DNA of 64,000 nt from Ginglymostoma cirratum. Taxonomy: Eukaryota. Below the pieces are notes generated by a model. That model did no database searches, had not been told where the DNA came from, and was given only the letters and a program-made list of their open reading frames with translations. Position 1 is the first letter of the stretch, and the number at the start of each line of letters is the position of its first letter. Position numbers and translations under genes: made by a program. Positions 52,121 through 63,590 of this stretch are shown in pieces. The stretch is taken from contig JAHRHZ010000133.1 in NCBI GenBank assembly GCA_024137785.1, positions 67,070,245 to 67,134,244 of the forward strand, read 5' to 3'.

Positions 52121-54779
52121 TACAATCATAGTTCCAGCTCTGGTTTTAAGTCCTGCACAGCTTGCAGTTTTACAGCACCAATTAAATGTGGCTCGATATA
52201 CTGGGCAGTGTCCTGTTCTGTTTGAATAAAACATCATTTGTGCAGAGAATGTATATCTGTTTGCTTTTGGAGCACACTGTCCAATTTTCAATTAAGCTCG
52301 GTGAACACTGAGTGCGGGTCTAGTTTTATACTTATCAGGAATGATAATCACTCATTTCTCCTACTGTATTGCTTACTGTAGAAATATTGCCTATTGAGAT
52401 AAAGTACCTGGAGATTTTGATGATTTTTCACAATTCAAAAGCAAATCTCCAGACTCACACCAGCCCTCAGAATCAAGTCACTTCTTAAAACCTAGTTCTT
52501 TATCGAAGCTTTTGGTCACTTGCCCTACTTTTTCTTCATATAGTTGATCATTGGATATTATTTGATAATTCCCCTGTGAAGCACCTTGTATTGTTTTTTA
52601 ATACGCTAAAGGTGACACATAAATGCAAATTGTTATTTTCTTTCTGGAAAAAAGGTGGCCACACTCATGACTGTCACCACTTTCTGTGCCACCTGTGTTC
52701 ATATCTATCTCCGGCAGAGCATAAAGTCCACAGCACATCCACAGCTAGGAATCATCACATTCTGATTTAATACTAGCAAAATACTAATCTACTTCCCTGA
52801 TCAACTCAGTATAATTTCAAGCCAACTTACCAGAACTACACCCTCCTGCTTTAATTTTTTTAATGCTGTGGTTCCCCAAGGAGAGTTAGAAACAGCTTAA
52901 AATGGGGACGGTATCCTGTTGCTGGAGAGAAATTGGCTCAGTTGGTATTGTTCTCAGTTTCTAATGAGAAATTTATGGGTTCCAGCCTTGTTCCTGCATA
53001 CAATACAGGATGGCACTTCAAAACAAACACACATTAATAAGGCTCTTGGCACACAGTGATATTGACTACTTCTTCCCAATATGTGGGGTGCACCCTTTGG
53101 TAGCATGGTACTCCACACAAAAGCTCAAATTGCTTAGAATGGGCAACCTTCAGCAAACTAAGTAACAGCTCAAAAATGTGGTAAACCTTGGCTGGAGGCA
53201 TGCATGGAAAAGTTCACGGTTCACTTTATTTATAGATTTACAACCCACAGTGAGCATGGAAGGATGTGACCCACCAGACATACCTTGCTTGTCACATGTA
53301 CACGAAATCATTGGAGCCCAATGGTGTGAACTGTAAGAAATCTATTTGTCCACTGGTCCAGAGCAAAGTATTTTGCTACTACAGCAAAAGCAGCATCTGC
53401 ATTTGGGATTTACTAGCTTAACAAAGCGACAGGATCCCCCCGATATAATTGCCAAGAGGGGGCAAAAGGAATGACTTGCCAACTAGGAAAGATCATGACG
53501 ATGGGAGCAGGTAGTTGAGGGATTCGGACAGGCTGTCTGAACACAAGCAGTAAAGTGGGTTCAAAGCACTGTACGTGTCCCTTTATTTTTGTTGTAAATG
53601 TATTTTTCCTGTAGCCTGAGTCATTCTGGACGGAAGTTTACTTTGTGTTAAATTTCACACTGTGGCTGAAGTTTCTTCCACCCCTCAACCACCCGAAAAT
53701 TCCTGACAGTTGGCCTCCGCTTGCAGCAAGCTTTTTAAGATTATGCAGGAATATTTTAGTAAAGGATTTCTCGGGAATAGGCACATCCAGTACTTTGTTG
53801 CATTCAAAGGTCTCAACTTCCAAGCCTTTTATGGCCTCTTGCCATTCTGGATTTTACACTGTGTACTGTTGCAGATTCTTTCGTATTGTTGCTTCAAGAA
53901 CGAAGGTACCTCTTACTGACTCTCAGAATTTATTTCCTCTCAATCAAGTTACAGTCAAAAAATATGAAGTGAAGAGCCAGTGATGGCATATATTAAATTA
54001 AGATCACTGAATACACAAAAAAATTATTTAAAGAAGTCAGAGTCCAGATTAATTTTTCCAACCTGCTTCTCCAAGAGATCTGCCTTTTCATCAGACATTT
54101 TCTGCCATTTCAGCAACTTTAATCAGTTGAGCTAGCTTCAAGGAGCTGGGAAAGCTACAGTCACATCATCTTTTAACCACTGTTCATTTTTCCATGCACT
54201 TAACCCAACAAAATCAACAATTCCAAGGCAGTAATGATTTGGTCGGTGCAGCATTCAGATTTGCCACCAAATACTTGTAAATTCAGACTGTGTACATTTG
54301 TTCAGACTGTATTAACCAGTTAACCTTCCCTTCCTTTGGCACTAGCTCAGCCCTACACAGAACATGGAGTGCGTGATGTGGTCAATCATGTGTCTTGAGC
54401 AGCTCCAATGTCAACACTCTACAATTTCATCACAATATTTTGCCAGGGGGCTTATACTATCTCCTCTGCCCTTGTATACACCATCTAACAAATGGAAGGT
54501 TGGAACTGGGCTGCCGTTGCAAGTTAACGGCATAATTAACAAGACAGGGGTCAGTCAGGTTTCCTCCAATAGGCTCAGATAGTTGACTGTGACCAACTAT
54601 ACAGCCATTCAGACCAGGGAGCTCTGACCCCACCTTGGTGCAGAGGTGTCAGCCATGGCTCAGTCACCTCTGTCTCAGAAAGCTATGGACACAAGTTCCC
54701 CTCCAGAGGCACCAATGCAAAACCCAAGGTTGGTGTACTAAGATGGTGTTGCATTGTCAGAGGTTTCATCAGATGAGAT

Positions 54780-55108
54780 CATAGAATCACAGAATAGAAT
54801 CCCTACAGTACAGAAATAGGCCCTTCGGCCCAACAAGTCCACACTAACTCCTGGAGCATCCCACCCAGACCCATCTCCCTATAACCCATCTAAGCCACAC
54901 ATCCCTGAACATTATGGGCAATTTAGCATGGCCAATCCATCTAACCTGCACATCTCTGGACTGTGGGAGGAAACCAGAGCACCCAGAGGAAACCCACGCA
55001 GGGGAGAATGTGCAAACTCCACACAGACAGTTGCCCAAGGGCGGATTTGAACCCGGGTCCCTGGCACTGTGAGGCAGCAGTGCTAACCACTGAGCCACCG
55101 TGCCGCCC
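54780..55108 (-). mobile_element. Full-length HE1-type V-SINE, 6-bp TSD, nested in an older SacSINE1-like copy (54650-55375)
   Basis: Minus strand gggcggcacggTGGCTCAGTGGttagc (box A), GGTTCAAATCC (box B), V-domain tgcgtgggtttcctctgggtgctctggtttcctcccaca and a HER1-like tail. TSD tgagat at 54774-54779 and 55109-55114. Confidence 0.9.
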
Positions 55109-55640
55109 TGAGATGTTACACTTACAGGAGGATTCTGTCAGCACCATTTCAAAGAAGACCAGAGGATTTCTCCTATGCAATTTTATTCCTCAAACCAAGA
55201 CTACCAATGCAGATAATCCGGTCATTACTGGTTGTGGACCTTGCTTATATACAAACTGCCTACATTTAGGTAAACTGTTCAACATTTAAAAACTAAACAC
55301 ATTTCAAAAGTACTTGATTGTCTGAGATTACAGCGAGAGATATTCTGAGATTGTGAACAGTCTTAGAGGATCTTCAAGTCCATTGGCAAAAAATACACAC
55401 AGACTAAAATAGATTATTTATTGTTTGCCATAGAGCTTATATCTCCAAACTAAAAGTATCCACCTGAGTACTGGCTTGGCTTGTCTTTATATACACATCA
55501 AAGTGTAATTAACTAAATTAATACCCATTTAGCTTATTACTAGGCATTTACTATCTATCAACAGAACCTATTAGACACTAACTGACGGTACTGTCTAAAT
55601 CATGTGCAAAAAGTCATGGATACACAGCAATTTCAACAGT

Positions 55641-56226
55641 ATAACAAGGTGTAGAGCTGGATGAACACAGCAGGCCAAGCAGCATCAGAGGAGCAGGAAA
55701 GCTGACGTTTNNNNNNNNNNNNNNNNNNNNNNNNNNNNNNNNNNNNNNNNNNNNNNNNNNNNNNNNNNNNNNNNNNNNNNNNNNNNNNNNNNNNNNNNNN
55801 NNNNNNNNNNNNNNNNNNNNNNNNNNNNNNNNNNNNNNNNNNNNNNNNNNNNNNNNNNNNNNNNNNNNNNNNNNNNNNNNNNNNNNNNNNNNNNNNNNNN
55901 NNNNNNNNNNNNNNNNNNNNNNNNNNNNNNNNNNNNNNNNNNNNNNNNNNNNNNNNNNNNNNNNNNNNNNNNNNNNNNNNNNNNNNNNNNNNNNNNNNNN
56001 NNNNNNNNNNNNNNNNNNNNNNNNNNNNNNNNNNNNNNNNNNNNNNNNNNNNNNNNNNNNNNNNNNNNNNNNNNNNNNNNNNNNNNNNNNNNNNNNNNNN
56101 NNNNNNNNNNAGGCCCAAAACGTCAGCTTTCCTGCTCCTCTGATGCTGCTTGGCCTGCTGTGTTCATCCAGCTCTACACCTTGTCATCTCAGATTCTCCA
56201 GCATCTGCAGTTCCTACTATCTCTGA
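55641..56226 (+). mobile_element. Penelope-like insertion with inverted 5' arm around a 400-N gap; ~17-bp TSD
   Basis: 55641-55710 is the reverse complement of ~56118-56187. TSD a(g/a)caatttcaa(c/t)agtat at 55626-55642 and 56227-56243. Confidence 0.82.
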
Positions 56227-56619
56227 AACAATTTCAATAGTATTCTTTGCGTAACCTTTCATCCCCTCGCCCCATGTGATTAGAGAAAGATGGGCACGAC
56301 CGAAGGAGTGTATTTGTGAGAAGATTTTCTTTTAAACGTTGCAGAGTAAGGTGGAGCCACTTCAGCTTCACACCAAACCGCAAGTGTGCTTCTGACTCGT
56401 TGACTGCTTACACTATCTCGCCCCAGAGTGGATAATTACCGGTTTCTATATTGAAATGTTAGTCATAATTTTTACTATGTGTATGATTCAAATTTATATT
56501 GACAAATGTGCTCAATGTCCCTAGACTGGTAAGGAGTATGAGCACAGCTAGTATGCTACTAATCCTGCTGTCTTTCTTACCCCTACCTTGATTCAAGGTG
56601 CTCTGCTTGGTGCAACAAG

Positions 56620-56830
56620 AGAAATAAATGCATCCTATTGTTCTTCAAACTATTTCCCGGGATATCTGAAAGGACAGATGGGTCTGTAGTCCTGAAAGGC
56701 AGCACCCCTGACAGCCCAGTCCTCACTCGACACTGTCCTGGAGCGTCAGGATGAATTTTGTGCTCAAGTCCCTGGTTTGGGCTTGAACCCACAAACATCC
56801 AACTTGAAAACCTTAGCTTAATGAGCCATC
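56620..56830 (-). mobile_element. SacSINE1-like 5' portion
   Basis: Reversed head (gggcttgaacccaca, ctgaaaggcagcacccctgacag); matches the plus-strand copy at 63290-63590. Confidence 0.6.
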
Positions 56831-59800
56831 AGACTGTAAACCAAGTAACAAGCTATTCAGTGAATGGGTCCAAGCAGGCGAAACTGGTATTTGTCGTCTT
56901 AAAGTTCAGATGGATAGTGTGAAGATATAAATCTACCCAAAGGTGGGTTAGTATTATCCTTTGTGCTGTCTGCATTGGCTGCTTTAAAGAGAAAATAGCT
57001 CCCCGTTCCACCCCACAAGTGCCGCTCCCACCGTACCAGCCAACCTCATCAGAACAGAGACATTCTCTGCTTGCTTGCATTCAGGGAGCAAGAGAAAAAA
57101 ATTGCAGATTGAATTATCTTTAAATGATATCCATTTTATTGTGTTCCTTGACAGCGGCCAGGGCTGAGTTAACATGTACTGTGTGACTGAGGTTGGGGAC
57201 TCAAGCTGTGTTAAATTGACCTGACAATTCTGCGAGATAGCTCTGTTATTTAGCCCGCAGTTCATTAGTTTAAATCTGCCACTTGCTGTTGGCAGGCTCT
57301 AATTTCACACCTCGTCTTACTGACGTTACATTCATTGCAATAATAATCGAACAATTTCCACCCCCCTCATCTCTTCCTCATGGGAAGAGTTTGAGAATCA
57401 TGGCAGTTGAGGAGGGGGGGTGGGTTTGGAGAGACGATGGACACTGACACTTAATATTAACGCCAACAAAGATGGGGCGGGGGTGCAGTTGACCATTTGT
57501 TCATTGTTATTACTAGTCGCTTAAAAGTTGTCAAACAGTTAAACATTTGTACAACAGCTCAAATGTACATTTGGCTCAGAAATCTCTTATCTGCATGCAG
57601 CATACTTTTTTTTTATTTGCAGCAAGAAGTGTTCCCTTCACTGCGTGAAGCTATGAGCTCCTGAAGATGAATCATTCTTTACAAATTCATGAAAAAACTT
57701 CAGTGAACTGTATTTATATAAATAGCTTAGATTGTTCCCTGGAAAAAATCACAAGTATTTTTTAGAAAGTGACTCTAAAAATCCAGGCTTTTTCTGTTTT
57801 ATTATATTTGAAATATCAAATTTGATTTCTAAAATATCACCTAACTCTGTCCAAATAAATATGCTTCAGTATCAGAAACATTTTGTCATTCCATCACTGC
57901 TTTAGGATTACAGAGGTTGGTTGGATATATTCCTGAAGATTCCTGCTCTATCCAGCCAAATCACCTCCTTTTCTCCCTTATTCAATTTTCCTTTTGTACC
58001 TAATTAAAACATATATGCCTGAAGAAAATAAAACAAAAGATATTTTTTAGATGTTTCCATGCTTTTTGTTTCCTCTAGAAGCTCGCGGCAGAGTCCAGGA
58101 GATTAATCTTTCGTTCCTGGAGGAGTGGCGACTGTCTAGCATAACCACAAATGGTTATGTGGCCAAGTTTAGTTTTCAGTATAACCTGATGGTCCGGCCG
58201 TATCAACTTTTTCTCGAAATCGTTCAATTGTTTGCAACAAAAAGGGAATGGCATGTGCAACACCCTCAAACCCAAAGGATTTCAGCTGAGCAGCATTCCC
58301 ATGCACGAATTCAAAGACAAAGACAATCTCAGCAAAACAAGTCACTGTTTGTTGACATCAAGCCTAGACAGCAGAAAAGGCTCTTGCTGAAATATTACAA
58401 ACCTCTGAAAACTGCCATTAAATCTTCAATGAGAGAGGCCCTCTCCTAATGCAAAAAGATTATTTTTCAATCCCTAAAAAACCTTGGCATTTAATCAAAT
58501 GCATAGACAAAAAGAAAGTAATTTTATCTTTAAGCAGTTTATTCATAACTCTGGAAAGAAGGACCTCTGAGCACTTTTGGCTTTCTGGTTTAATGACATA
58601 CAGTATAAAAGAAACTTATTATTTCTGAAGCTGTAATGTGCAATGAGTGCCTATTATGAAAACTCTGCCATGCACACGTTTCAGGAGAGCTAACGTAAAT
58701 ACTGCACGTTGCTAATTACGTTTTGTCTCAAAGCTTAGTGTCATTTCCTCAACCTTGTAATATTACAGTGAAAGTGATTTCTGTGGCTGTACAGTAAAAG
58801 GGAAGCTATCCAAGTGGAAACTGATTTTAAGAGGAGATAATCCTCAATTCTTCACTGCACCCGATACCAGCCAACAACACAGACAACATTTTTTTGTGTG
58901 TCAGATCCCAGATAAATGGTACCAGGTATCAGTTCATCTCCAATATTTACTGAATGATTTATATAGTTATCAGACTGAGGAATTGGAAAGCAGCTGCTTT
59001 CTATCGGTGTGCTCAGTGTACCAGCGCAGTCCTGTTATCAAAAGCACATTCCTAATCAACAAGCATCTGTTCCTCATTTTCATTTACAGACATGTTGTTA
59101 TTTCCGCATTAATCTTCACCTCTAGGAGAAACTCAGCTTTGTAGCTCAGGCCTTCAACATTGTGAAGGGATCCACCAGTACCTTGACAGCAGAATTGATT
59201 ATGTTCACCCCTCTCCAATGCATGCACCCTATGTCAAAAGTCAATCTCCTTTTATAAAAGGCTTCTTTTAAAATGTGTACAAAGCTGCAACTTTATCTCC
59301 GTTCTACTTAAAGGCAGTCTGGCTAAAAGTGTTAAGCACACAAGGGGCAATAATAATTTTAAAATAAGAGTTTTTTTTGCTGTCCACACATACAATGCAC
59401 CCTTAAGCAGCAGATTAATGACCCCATTCTCACCTTTACAAATGCTAATCCTGTCATTATTCAACTAAATGCCTCTGTTTAACGCCTCAACAGTTCACTA
59501 AACACTGAAGTTTAACCAGTGAAAATGTCATATTCTGCTCCTCACCCTTAGTTTCCTTGGATGAGATTGAATCCTTAACAGTGAGGTTAAATGGTCTGAA
59601 TTTATGTGCCAGTAAAGTACCAAATCTTGCGACAAGCAAGTCAGTATATGCTGCTGGTAAAAAATAACATTGGTTACACATAACAAGGAGCAGTCAGTAC
59701 TGTATACCGTTAACAATCCAATCTTAGCTTTAGATTGGACGATCAAAATGGGTGTGAGCCATTGTTCAACAAGACATACGCCATTATCCAGCCATGCAAT

Positions 59801-60309
59801 AACTAACTGTAATAAACACAAAAATATGATTACAGCAAGATCAACGGTGAGTGAACAAGATAAATAGATGGATTCAAACAGAAACAAACTAAATAAATCT
59901 TGTATAATCTTAGAATAATAGGACAAAAGAAAGCCATTCAGCCCATCAAGTCTACTCAGGACATCGTGGCTGGCCCCACACCTGCACCTTTTCCTCTTAG
60001 TTATTCAGTTTTTGCCTTCAAATATTTATTCAAATCCATTCCTGATGCCTCAAATGAATCTACCTCCAACATTCGCTCAAGCAGGGTATTCCAGATCAGC
60101 ATCATGTTATCTTTACTTCTTTTGCCCATCATTAGAAACTAGTATCGTATGGCTCTTAACCTTTCCACCAATGGGAACAATTTCTCCCAATCCACTCCGT
60201 CCAAGCCTATTATAACTCTGATGAATTCTATCAAACCTTTTCTCAACATTCTCTTCTCCAAGGAGAAGACTCTTAGCTTTCTCAGCGTAGCTTTCTTTCG
60301 TTCCTGGCA

Positions 60310-60422
60310 CCCGAAACGTCAAGTTTTCCTGCTCCTGTGATGCTGTTTGACCTGCTGTGTTCATCCAGCCCCATGCTTGTTATCTCGGATTCTCCAGCAT
60401 CTGCAGTACCTTTTATCTCTGA
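60310..60422 (+). mobile_element. Short Penelope-like copy truncated inside hammerhead helix II
   Basis: cccgaaacgtcaagttttcctgctcc...gcagtaccttttatctctga; same family as 38703-38840. No long TSD. Confidence 0.8.
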
Positions 60423-60738
60423 TACCATTCTTGTGAATTGTTTCTGCACTCTCCCTTAAGCCTTCACACCCTTCCTGAAGTGGAGTATGCAGAATTAGAC
60501 ATTACTCCAGATGAAGATGAAGCGGTGTTATATAAAGGCTCACAGTAACCTTCTTAATATTATACTCTACGGTACCGTTTATAAAGCCCACGTATACACA
60601 GTGCTCCCTTTAGAAATGCACCTTTTACTTTATATTGCAACTCCTCATTCATCCTATCACAAGTTATTATTACTGTGTTAAAATTCAAGTGCCATGGATT
60701 TGCACATTCCACCAGCCTGTCTATCTCCTCTTGAAGTC

Positions 60739-60941
60739 CAGGCTGAGGTTAGCTTGAATGGCTAGTTTATCATGCAGTAATGCTGACTGTGTGGGTTCAG
60801 TTCCTGCATCGACTGTGGTTACCGTGAAGAACTCTCGTTTCCAACCTTTCCTCTTGTCTGAGGCATGGAGACCATCAGGTTAAACCATCAGCAATACAGA
60901 GAGAGCAGCCTTATGGTCTGTGAGGATTATAGTGACTTTAA
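60739..60941 (+). mobile_element. tRNA-derived SINE nested in CR1
   Basis: Box A-like ttagcttgaatgg, box B-like gggttcagttcc and tail gagagcagccttatggtctg...gtgacttta. Confidence 0.6.
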
Positions 60942-60981
60942 TGTTGAGGTTGGTTGGCTCGCCGAGTTTGTTTGTTGTTCG

Positions 60982-61021
60982 GCAGACGTTTCGTTACCGT
61001 GCTTGGTAACATCCTCAGTGC
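60982..61021 (-). ncRNA. Minimal type-I hammerhead motif, sense to BCL11B pre-mRNA
   Basis: Mirror copy: gca CTGAGGA t gttacc-aagcac-ggtaac GAAA cGTC tgc. Confidence 0.78.
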
Positions 61022-61277
61022 AGCCTCTGATGAAGCGTCGGTGTATTTTCCTGCCTGGTTTTTAAACTCTGGGGTCCGGTGCGATGGATTGCCTCACTTC
61101 CGGGTTTCCTCTGTAGTGGAATGTATATGGGGTTGAGGTCAATGTGTTTATTAATAGCTTGACCTCAACCCCATATACATTCCACTACGGAGGAAACCCG
61201 GAAGTGAGGCAATCCATCGCACCGGACCCCAGAGTTTAAAAACCAGGCAGGAAAATACACCGACGCTTCATCAGAGG

Positions 61278-61321
61278 CTGCACTGAGGATGTTACCAAGC
61301 ACGGTAACGAAACGTCTGTGG
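61278..61321 (+). ncRNA. Minimal type-I hammerhead ribozyme motif
   Basis: ctgca CTGAGGA t gttacc-aagcac-ggtaac GAAA cGTC tgtgg: 5-bp helix I, 6-bp helix II, predicted cut after C61316. Confidence 0.8.
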
Positions 61322-62469
61322 AACACCAAACCAGCTCGGCGAGCCAACCAACCTCAACACCCACAACCCGAGCTACAGATCTACTCCAAAACCTTAGTGA
61401 CTTGAACCGCTATACTCCTTACAGTTCATAATATTTCTACATTTTTTGTCACCTGGAAAATTCTGACATGGTGCTACATTCACCCGAGTTGAGGTCATTA
61501 ACATAAATCACAAAAGGCAGCTATCCTAATACTGATGCCTGGGAGAACCCCTCTATTTACTTTGCCTTTTCCGAAAAAAGCCATTTACCACTACTCTTCT
61601 TACCTGTCACTCAGCCAACTTCATATCTATGCTGCCATTGTCTCACATTTCACAGGCTTCCACTCTGCTAGTAAATCTATTCTGTAACGCGTTTGCTAAA
61701 CACTTTAAGAAGTCTATATATGCATATCAATATAAAAGTGTTGCCCTCATCAACCCTCTGTTACCTCAGTTAACTTAGTTAAACGTAATTTGCCTTCAGC
61801 AAATTAGCGTCAGCTTTTCTAATTTCCTTATCCAAGTTCCCAAAGTCAATCTCTGTCAATTTTTGGCCCATCCAGTATCACAATCACCTCTTCTTTCACA
61901 AGACTTCTGGCAGTATTTTCTTCCTTGGCAAAGACAGATACAAAGTGCTTCTTTAGTACATCAATCATGACCTCTACCTCCATGCAGAGCTCCCCTTTCT
62001 GATCCCTAATTGGACCCATCACTACTTTATGACTGTAGAAAATCCTTAGGTGCCTTTAAAAACTCTGAATTTATGTTAGCTGTCAGATATTTTTCTCCCA
62101 TATTCGTTGCTTCTATCTTACTTTGTCACTCCCCTTCTGAAATTCTGACATTCAGACTGGTTGACTTGTATTACCAAACTGACATTTGTCATATACAATC
62201 TTTTTCTGCTTTACCTTAGTCTCTATTTCTTTTGTCAATCAGACAGCTCTGGCTTTGCTTGTCCCATCTAACCCAGCCATGGGAAAGTACCACAACAATA
62301 TGTTTTAAAGGCAGTGCAATGGTCTATTACAGTTTGCCTGTCAATCTCAATTTAGCTGGTATAGATTTGTTCTCAACCCACGAAAACTGCCAATGTTCTA
62401 ATTATTACTTTTACACTATCTGCATAAATTTATTATTATGCAGTATGCTGACCACTGTGTATTGGACAG

Positions 62470-62782
62470 CTCCGGCCCTACCTCCTACCTCGGAGATCTC
62501 TGCATTCTCCCGGTTTTATTCTCTTGAGTATGCCCAATTTTCATCACTCCATCACTAGCATCCAACCCTTCAGGTGACTAGGCTTAAAATCCTGGAATTC
62601 TGTCCTTGAAACACTGTCTCCCTGACTTCCACAAGACCACCCTCAACACCTCTCTCTCTTTGCTCTGTCTTCCTGTTCTCTGATATGACTCAGTGTCAAA
62701 TTGTATTCAATAATCACACTTTTGAAAAACCTTGCAATGTTTTGCAACATAACCAAGGTGCCATATAAATGCAAGTTGTTAT
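62470..62782 (+). mobile_element. L2-type LINE 3' end
   Basis: cttcaggtgactaggc...cctggaattc...ctcagtgtcaaatt...aaggtgccatataaatgcaagttgtt. Confidence 0.65.
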
Positions 62783-63289
62783 TTGGCACAACTGGGGTCT
62801 GGAAGTCTAGAGTTGCGTCCCAGGAATTCTTCTTGCTCCTACTTTATGCTGTATGCGATTCTACAGTAACCATGCTCTGGCCAAGCCTACCTCCTTCAAC
62901 TGGTCTCACTTCACCTTCTGAAACTCAAGACAAGTTCATACCAGAATGGCTTTACACACCTTGCCCTGATGCGATGCTAAAGACACAGTCAATGTAAGTG
63001 AGTGTTAAATGTCTTTTATTACATTTGAAATCAACACCATTCTGAAATGCTCTGTCTCTTTCTGGCTGATTGATACTTTATTTTCTTGGTTTTAGCATGA
63101 ATGCCAAATCCTGATGTCATTTAATCCCAAAATGATTCTTTTGACCCATATAATCCAACAAAGCAAAACCAAAAGGAAAACCCCCATCTAACTTATTCGT
63201 TTCTAAATTTTTCTACATCGACTTTAATTTGAGCCAAGGGGAAAGAAAATCCCAATGGAAATGCTTCTATAACTTGTATCAGATACAGT

Positions 63290-63590
63290 TCCATGGGTAG
63301 AGCTCTTACTCGGAGTTTAGGAGATTGTGGGTTCAAATCCCAATCCAGAAACCTGAATGTAAAATCTGGGTTGAAAATCAACTGCAGAACTGAGAGAGGT
63401 GCAATCTTTCGGATACAGTTTAAGTCGAGACTGTACTTAAGCCAACAGTTGGGTCTTAAAATTCCCCAAGCACTACAATGAATAAAAAGCGAGTTGTAAT
63501 CATTGGAGAGTTCCATTCATTGTCCTGGCTAGAATTTATTCCTCAACAAACAGTCGCTAATACAGAGTCTTGTCATTGTCAAATACCAAC
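63290..63590 (+). mobile_element. SacSINE1-like SINE 5' portion
   Basis: tRNA-like head with box B gtgggttcaaatccca, then gagagaggtgcaatctttcggat...tgtcctggc...atttattcctcaac. Confidence 0.65.

Larger units (their letters stand above)
60942..61394 (+). mobile_element. Penelope-like element, second family: 201-bp inverted arms, 16-nt spacer, 35-nt tail, ~12-bp TSD
   Basis: Arms at 60942-61142 and 61159-61359. Encodes AINKHIDLNPIYIPL, which resembles the C-terminus after the Penelope GIY-YIG domain. TSD tagtgactt(t/g)aa at 60930-60941 and 61395-61406. Confidence 0.88.
59905..62330 (-). mobile_element. Long decayed CR1 LINE hosting nested insertions
   Basis: Reversed CR1 tail (gccattcagcccatc) and RT-region remnants (gtcactcagccaact, gccctcatcaaccctctgttacctc). 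Interrupted at 60310 and at 60739-61406. Confidence 0.75.

Noticed and set aside
55030-55108. tRNA-like sequence with A and B boxes
   Set aside because: It is the head of an HE1 SINE with no complete cloverleaf.
61027-61045. Additional CTGATGA box on the plus strand of the left arm
   Set aside because: No helix II or GAAA box follows, so it is not a hammerhead.
60954-61347. Twin 60-aa ORFs MARR...VECIWG on opposite strands
   Set aside because: They follow from the inverted repeat and read antisense to the element's real ORF.
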